Shown: one piece after another, positions 58,323 through 64,000 of the stretch
How the letters are laid out: each line of letters opens with the position of its first letter
Position numbering within the stretch: the first letter of the stretch is position 1
NCBI RefSeq assembly: GCF_041248615.1
Contig: NZ_CP158426.1
Source of the DNA: Escherichia coli
GTDB taxonomy: Bacteria; Pseudomonadota; Gammaproteobacteria; Enterobacterales; Enterobacteriaceae
DNA: 64,000 bases
Reading direction: 5' to 3' (one strand)
Notes under the pieces: generated by a model
Database searches by the model: none
What the model was told of the DNA's origin: nothing
Seen by the model: the letters and a program-made list of their open reading frames with translations, nothing else
Position numbers and translations under genes: made by a program

Positions 58323-58736
58323 TCACGCAATTTTTCTGGCCATCAGATAGATGGCCGGTTCCTGCACAATTTCATCCAACAGATGAATGAATTGAATGCT
58401 ACGCGCCTGCCACACAGACGTCGCGTCATCCGCCAGTGGCGCGAATGCCCGGGTCAACAGGGCGGTGTGGCTGGTGTCAATAACAATCTCACCAAAAGTC
58501 ATCACCCCCAGCATCTTACGTCGGGCTTGCTCCTCTTCGACCAGTGCAAGCCAATCTTCGTATTCCGTCAGTGGGCAGCGGAAGGCGACATTCAGACAAT
58601 CAATCACGCCAACGTGATGGCCGATAGCCAACGAGTAATACATTACCTGGGAGCTGTGTTCCGGCATCTCGTCGCTACTGGCGATAAATTTTTTTCGCAG
58701 CGTCCAGAAAACAATTTCCCTGCACTCCTCAGCCAT
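58323..58736 (-). CDS. hyfJ: Hydrogenase-4 component J
   Basis: 137 aa, operon position. Confidence 0.85.
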   Translation of the reverse strand: MAEECREIVFWTLRKKFIASSDEMPEHSSQVMYYSLAIGHHVGVIDCLNVAFRCPLTEYEDWLALVEEEQARRKMLGVMTFGEIVIDTSHTALLTRAFAPLADDATSVWQARSIQFIHLLDEIVQEPAIYLMARKIA

Positions 58737-59487
58737 GTAACCCCCGGAGAACGCGAAAGAGTTGCTGAACGATACTATTGAGACGCGGATCGTCGGCTTC
58801 GCGCAACCAGGTGTTAACCCGATTTCCTGTGGGATCGTCGCTTAAATGGCGCAGGAGTCGATCGCAAATTTCTCGCCCTTGACGATAGCCCGCCAGCCGC
58901 CTCGCTTCTCGCTCAATGGCGATACGCTGTGATGGCGGGATCTGCGGCCACAGCGGTTGCATGGTCACCCCGGTGGGATCGCGATAATCCACCGCGTGAA
59001 TCTTCTGTTGCAGCAAACCGAGCGCCACGGCGAAACCGTGAATGGTGGCGGCCGGTGTTGGCGGGCAGCCGGGGATCCAAACATCAATGGGGACAATGGT
59101 GTCGCTGCCGCCCCAGACGCTGTAGAGATCGTGGAAAATACCGCCGCCGACACCGCACGCGCCGTAGGAAACACAGATTTTATGATCGGGGGCAGACTCA
59201 TACGCCCGAAGTGCAGGCATACGCATCGCCCGGGTGACTGCGCCAGTAAATAACAAAATATCGGCGTGACGCGGTGATGAAACAACCTTAATGCCAAAAC
59301 GTTCTGCGTCGAATACTGGTGTGATGGCGGCAAAAATTTCGATTTCACAGGCGTTGCAGCCGCCGCAATCGACGCGATAAACGTAGGCTGAGCGACGGAT
59401 ATCCTGTAGCAAATGCCGCTTCATCTTTTGCGTTTGCTCGTCCAGCGTGATGGGCTGGCTGACATGTTGTGTAAGCACTGGACTCAT
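58729..59487 (-). CDS. hyfI: Hydrogenase-4 small subunit (NuoB-like)
   Basis: 252 aa, Cys motifs of NuoB-type Fe-S subunit. Confidence 0.9.
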   Translation of the reverse strand: MSPVLTQHVSQPITLDEQTQKMKRHLLQDIRRSAYVYRVDCGGCNACEIEIFAAITPVFDAERFGIKVVSSPRHADILLFTGAVTRAMRMPALRAYESAPDHKICVSYGACGVGGGIFHDLYSVWGGSDTIVPIDVWIPGCPPTPAATIHGFAVALGLLQQKIHAVDYRDPTGVTMQPLWPQIPPSQRIAIEREARRLAGYRQGREICDRLLRHLSDDPTGNRVNTWLREADDPRLNSIVQQLFRVLRGLHG

Positions 59488-60029
59488 AGCTGCTCCTTAG
59501 CCACCAGCGGTACATCTGTGTTGTCGTTAATCAGCGTCGCGTGTTGTTTGCATTCCGGGCAGACGCTCGCTTGCGCCCGCAACATTTCGCGGTTTTGTGG
59601 CGCATTTTGTTGCTGTGCCAACAGTTCTGCAGCCAGTGCGACGGTTTTTTGCGGGGCAAACGGGCGTTCGCAACGGCTGCAGCGTTGTAGATGGAACGTC
59701 GCGCGGGTATAGAGATCGGCTTTATTGGTGACGGTCAGTTCAAAGTTATTGGTAAGCTGGATGGCTCTGGTCGGGCACACTTCTTCACAACGTCCGCAGT
59801 AAATACAACGCCCCAGATAGAGCTGCCAGGTGCGCGAATTTTGCTGGTCGTTGGTCTGGATAGTCAGCGCATTTGCCGGACAAGCACAGGCGCAGGCACC
59901 GCAGGCAATACATTGGCTGGGCATCAGGTCCGGTTTCCCGCGAAAGCCTGGGCTGACCTCCAGTGGCGCGAAGGGATATTTCACCGTCGCGGTTCCGGCG
60001 CGCATAATAGTTTTAAGTAACTTCAGCAT
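59484..60029 (-). CDS. hyfH: Hydrogenase-4 ferredoxin-type subunit (2x 4Fe-4S)
   Basis: Two CxxCxxCxxxCP motifs. Confidence 0.9.
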   Translation of the reverse strand: MLKLLKTIMRAGTATVKYPFAPLEVSPGFRGKPDLMPSQCIACGACACACPANALTIQTNDQQNSRTWQLYLGRCIYCGRCEEVCPTRAIQLTNNFELTVTNKADLYTRATFHLQRCSRCERPFAPQKTVALAAELLAQQQNAPQNREMLRAQASVCPECKQHATLINDNTDVPLVAKEQL

Positions 60030-60038
60030 TTTCTGTCC

Positions 60039-61754
60039 TTACTTCAGCGGCGAACGGTTACGATCAATGCCGTAGCGTTCGATCTCTTTATACGGCACGG
60101 TTTTTGACTGGCGCTTGCGCACATCAACCAGCGTCACACGGTCGGTACAGGAGTAGCAGGGATCAAGGCTACCGATAATTAGCGGTGCGTCAGAAACGGT
60201 ATTGCCGCGCAGCATGTAACGCAGCACTGGCCAGTTGGCGTAGGTGGCGGCACGACAGCGCCAGCGGAACAATTTTTGGTTATCACCGAGCATGCTCCAG
60301 TGCACGTCTTCACCACGTGGCGCTTCAACAAAGCCCAGCGCGAATGCGTGAGGTTTATAGCTAAAGCCTTCGGTCAGCAGTGGGGTATCTGGCATGTTGT
60401 CGAGGGCAAATTCCAGCATTGCCAGCGAATCAAACGTCTCTTTGACACGGACCATCACGCGGGAGAAGACATCGCCGCCGGTAAAGGTAAACAGCGTTTT
60501 GGGAATATTGCCGTAGTCGGCGTAGGGGTGATCAAAGCGCAAATCACGGGCAAAACCACTGCCGCGGATCAGCGGCCCGACAGGGCTATAATCACGGGCG
60601 ATTTGTCGGTCGAGAATGCCAATGCCCTGAGTGCGTTGTTCCATATTCGGCGTGGCAAGTAGCATCTCTACCAGCTCCGACACGTCGGCGCGCATCTCGC
60701 GCACCAGTTTCAGCGTTTGCAGACGTTGCTCTTTGAGAATATCGCGGCGCACACCACCAATCAGATTCAGACCGTAGGTTTTACGCGACCCGGTCAGCAA
60801 TTCCGCCATCGTCATCGACTTTTCCCGCACGCGGAAAAATTGCATAAAGCCGGTATCAAAACCAACAAAATGGCAGGAGAGGCCAAGGTTGAGCAAATGA
60901 CTATGCAGCCGTTCGACTTCCAGCAGAATCGAGCGAATAGTATGCGCTCGTTGCGGCACCTCAATCCCCAGTGCATTTTCAACCGAGTTGGTATAGGCCA
61001 CACTGTGGGCAAAACCGCAAATCCCACACACGCGGTCGGATAAGAAGGTCACTTCGTTGTAGCCCATCCGCGTTTCTGCCAGTTTCTCCATGCCGCGATG
61101 GACATAAAACAGGCGGTAATCAGCATCGACAATTTGCTCGCCATCCACAAACAAGCGGAAGTGACCTGGTTCATCGGAGGTGATATGCAGCGGGCCGACA
61201 GGGATCACCCGCGCATCGCTGTTGCCCTCGTTGATAAACGGATACGTTTCGGTATCAGTCGTCGGTTCTGGGCGCAGTCGATAATCCATCGCGTCTTTGC
61301 GCAGCGGATGCATATCTTCCGGCCAGTCATCGGGCAACACCAGCCGACGCTGATCCGGCAGGCCAACCGGAATCAGCCCGTACATATCGCGAATTTCTCG
61401 CTCGCCCCAGACCGCGGCAGGGACGCGCGGTGTGACTGACGGAAACTCCCGACTGTCGGCATCGACCAGTGCCTTCACCACGATCCAGCATTTTTCGGCC
61501 CCTTCCATAGAAAGGGCATAATAAACCGCGTAATGACCGTTAAGTGTCCGCTCGTCGTTGCCAAACAGGACTGGAAGCCAGCCATCATGTTGATAATAAA
61601 GATAATGCACAACGTCAGGCAGCAGATTGATTTTCACCGTAATGGTGACCTGTTCAGGCGTTTGTCGCTCTTCATCCAGCACCGCGCCGGGGAACTGCAT
61701 TTTCAGGGCGGCGAGAATCGCTTCGCCACGATTTGACGATGAATTAACGTTCAC
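60039..61754 (-). CDS. hyfG: Hydrogenase-4 large (NiFe) subunit
   Basis: NuoCD-like; start placed at GTG 61754 with GGAG SD (track start 61799 likely too long). Confidence 0.9.
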   Translation of the reverse strand: MNVNSSSNRGEAILAALKMQFPGAVLDEERQTPEQVTITVKINLLPDVVHYLYYQHDGWLPVLFGNDERTLNGHYAVYYALSMEGAEKCWIVVKALVDADSREFPSVTPRVPAAVWGEREIRDMYGLIPVGLPDQRRLVLPDDWPEDMHPLRKDAMDYRLRPEPTTDTETYPFINEGNSDARVIPVGPLHITSDEPGHFRLFVDGEQIVDADYRLFYVHRGMEKLAETRMGYNEVTFLSDRVCGICGFAHSVAYTNSVENALGIEVPQRAHTIRSILLEVERLHSHLLNLGLSCHFVGFDTGFMQFFRVREKSMTMAELLTGSRKTYGLNLIGGVRRDILKEQRLQTLKLVREMRADVSELVEMLLATPNMEQRTQGIGILDRQIARDYSPVGPLIRGSGFARDLRFDHPYADYGNIPKTLFTFTGGDVFSRVMVRVKETFDSLAMLEFALDNMPDTPLLTEGFSYKPHAFALGFVEAPRGEDVHWSMLGDNQKLFRWRCRAATYANWPVLRYMLRGNTVSDAPLIIGSLDPCYSCTDRVTLVDVRKRQSKTVPYKEIERYGIDRNRSPLK

Positions 61755-63324
61755 TGTGTTTCTCCGAAACAGATGCGGTGCCTGAAGGCAAAAAATCATG
61801 CCAGGTGCTACGTTGTGCAGGCAGGTCGTGCGTCCCTGAGAGGACTATAGTGGAAGCGCCCGCCAGGATCCTGATGACAGGTTGTGGAATATGCGTTCCC
61901 ATCGCCAGCATCATGACCAGCAGAATCACCATTGGCGAGGTGGTCAACCAGCCAAGTTCACCCCGGTTAACGGCCTGCGGCGGTTTCGCCATTAACACCC
62001 GCGCAGCCATCCGTACCAGGCCCGCCAGCACCAGCGTTAACAGCAATAACAGCAGGACGATAAGCAGCAGATGATTACGCGCCAGTCCGGCGGTAACGGT
62101 CATAAATTCGCTAAGAAAAATGTTGAAGGGCGGCATCCCTGCCAACGCCAGCGCACCGCCGCCAAACAGCACGGCGGTAAATGGCATGATTTTAAGCATT
62201 CCGCAGACGACGTTGAGATCGCGCGTGCCGTACTTGAGCAGTACATTGCCGGAACCGCAGAACAGCAGCGTTTTTGCCAGACTGTGGTTTAAGGTGTGCA
62301 GCAGCGCAGCAAAAATTCCCAGCGGCCCGCCAATGCCTAGCGCCACCGCGACCAGTCCCATGTTCTCCACGCTGGAGTACGCCAGCAGACGCTTAATGTC
62401 CCGCTGTACCAGAATGAAAAATGCCGCCACGGCAACCGACAACATGCCGAAGATGAGCAACAACCGGTTGGGGAAATCGCTGCCGATGGCCTGGCAGATA
62501 ATGATGTAATAGCGAATCAGCACCAACAGCGCGCAGTTCAGCAATACGGCGGAGAGCAGGGCGCTGACCGGACTCGGCGCTTCACTGTGAGCATCTGGCA
62601 GCCAGGCGTGCATGGGGAATAGCCCGGTTTTGGTGCCAAAGCCAATTAGCACAAACACAAAGGCCAACAGCATTAATGTTGGGTCAAGCAAGGACGATTG
62701 CTTAAGAACCTCGCTCCAGAATATCGCCATTTCTGCCTGCGGCATAACGCTGGCGGCGTTGGCGTATACCAGCACGGTACCGAACAGACCAAAAGCGACA
62801 CCAACAGTACAAATAATGATGTACTTCCATGCAGCTTCCAGCGATGAACGCTGACCGTAAATGCCTACCAGAAACGCCGAGCTTAAGGTGGTGGCTTCGA
62901 TTGCCGCCCACATCACAATCAGGTTATTGCTGGTAACAACCAGCAGCATGGTGAACAAAAACAGATGGAAGAAACCGTAGTAATCGCACAGCGTAACGGG
63001 TGAAAGCTCGCCGTGTGCCACTTCATGACGCATGTAGCCAATCGAGTAAACACCGGTGAGAAAGCCAATCACACCAAGAATGGCGAGGAACAAACCGCCC
63101 AGACCATCAATGTGAAGCCACAGTCCCGCAGCGAATATTTCTCCCGCATCAGCGGCAGTTTGGACCACCCACAGTGCCAGAATCAGCAGCAGTGTGATCC
63201 CTAAGCCATGTAGTACTGTCACCGTGCGAGTCGCAGAGTGCCCCCGTTTCCGGCAGGCAAAACAGAGCAGCGAAAAAAGCAGCGGCGTGAGCAGGAGTAA
63301 AGCGAACATCACAGAATAACTCAT
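61744..63324 (-). CDS. hyfF: Hydrogenase-4 membrane subunit F (NuoN/L-like antiporter subunit)
   Basis: 526 aa polytopic. Confidence 0.9.
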   Translation of the reverse strand: MSYSVMFALLLLTPLLFSLLCFACRKRGHSATRTVTVLHGLGITLLLILALWVVQTAADAGEIFAAGLWLHIDGLGGLFLAILGVIGFLTGVYSIGYMRHEVAHGELSPVTLCDYYGFFHLFLFTMLLVVTSNNLIVMWAAIEATTLSSAFLVGIYGQRSSLEAAWKYIIICTVGVAFGLFGTVLVYANAASVMPQAEMAIFWSEVLKQSSLLDPTLMLLAFVFVLIGFGTKTGLFPMHAWLPDAHSEAPSPVSALLSAVLLNCALLVLIRYYIIICQAIGSDFPNRLLLIFGMLSVAVAAFFILVQRDIKRLLAYSSVENMGLVAVALGIGGPLGIFAALLHTLNHSLAKTLLFCGSGNVLLKYGTRDLNVVCGMLKIMPFTAVLFGGGALALAGMPPFNIFLSEFMTVTAGLARNHLLLIVLLLLLLTLVLAGLVRMAARVLMAKPPQAVNRGELGWLTTSPMVILLVMMLAMGTHIPQPVIRILAGASTIVLSGTHDLPAQRSTWHDFLPSGTASVSEKHSER

Positions 63325-63328
63325 CTCA

Positions 63329-63979
63329 TTATCCCTTCAGCGCGGTCAAGTTATTCACGTCCAGCGTGCCGTGGGTACGCCATATTTTTCTTGCCAGTAA
63401 CACCATCACAATGACGGCGAAGATGGCGTCGGTAGCGATACCAATTTCCACCAGTTCCGGTGCACGCCAGGCAAGAAGCGCCAGTACCAGATGGGAGCCG
63501 TTTTCCATCAGGCAGTAACCAAAAATTTGCCGCAGGATATTGCGCTGGCTGACAATGCACAGCAGGCCAAGCAGAAAATGACCTAACGCCACCGCCAGCG
63601 CTGGTTTCAGCCCGGTAGCCATCGGTAGCTTCACGGGCTGAACGACAAATGCGCAAAGCAGGACAATTAACGCCGCGAGCAGTGTCATCATTGCCGGACC
63701 GAGTAACGCTTTTTCCGGGATGTTCTGGGGAATATTTCGTGCAGCGTAAGTCATGACTAACGGTACCAGCAGCACTTTGGTGATAAAGGCGCTGGCGGAC
63801 CAGATCAGCAGTTGCTCTGCGACGAACAGGCACGAGAGGGTGGCGAAAATAGACACCAGCACCAGCGACTGGCAGGCGTAAAATCCGCATGACAGGCGAT
63901 AGCTTTTGACGCTAATCACAAACAGCGATGTCAGCATCATCAGTCCCGCCAGATTATTTACGATCATAGAACCGGTCAT
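63329..63979 (-). CDS. hyfE: Hydrogenase-4 membrane subunit E
   Basis: 216 aa polytopic; next upstream gene (hyfD) stop lies at window end. Confidence 0.9.
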   Translation of the reverse strand: MTGSMIVNNLAGLMMLTSLFVISVKSYRLSCGFYACQSLVLVSIFATLSCLFVAEQLLIWSASAFITKVLLVPLVMTYAARNIPQNIPEKALLGPAMMTLLAALIVLLCAFVVQPVKLPMATGLKPALAVALGHFLLGLLCIVSQRNILRQIFGYCLMENGSHLVLALLAWRAPELVEIGIATDAIFAVIVMVLLARKIWRTHGTLDVNNLTALKG

Positions 63980-64000
63980 TCATCATCTCCTTACTGCAAC

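Overview
The window is an Escherichia coli-type chromosome segment in two parts. (1) Positions 1 to about 39,290 are the right-hand ~39 kb of a temperate prophage whose left end lies outside the window (the integrase gene is 5'-truncated by the window edge). It combines a lambda-like early/immunity region (int, AlpA-like Xis, orphan MT-A70 methyltransferase, Bet-like annealase plus PD-(D/E)XK exonuclease, divergent CI-like/Cro-like pair with operator clusters, O-like and P-like replication genes with in-gene iterons) with a podovirus (T7/epsilon15-like) virion module (TerS, TerL, portal, scaffold, capsid, tail tubular proteins, three large internal virion proteins, tailspike) and a terminal lysis cassette (holin pair, GH19 endolysin, Rz with embedded Rz1). 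(2) Positions 39,361 to 64,000 are a conserved host block: yfgI-yfgH-yfgG-pdeF(yfgF)-ppx-ppk-purN-purM-upp-uraA-hda-yfgD-bepA-perM-focB-hyfRJIHGFE, so the prophage sits on the guaA side of yfgI. The most interesting signals are: a near-consensus LexA box in front of a small stand-alone antirepressor-domain gene, next to a Bro-N antirepressor, while the repressor lacks a peptidase domain; a TTACC-N5-GGTAA palindrome present at OL/OR and at module boundaries across the late region; three copies of the 12-bp palindrome GTGACATGTCAC, each between a gene end and an intrinsic terminator; an antisense moron plus tRNA-Arg(UCU) between terL and portal; and an AT-rich membrane-protein moron. All protein calls come from reading the translations and recalling family motifs; no database search was run.
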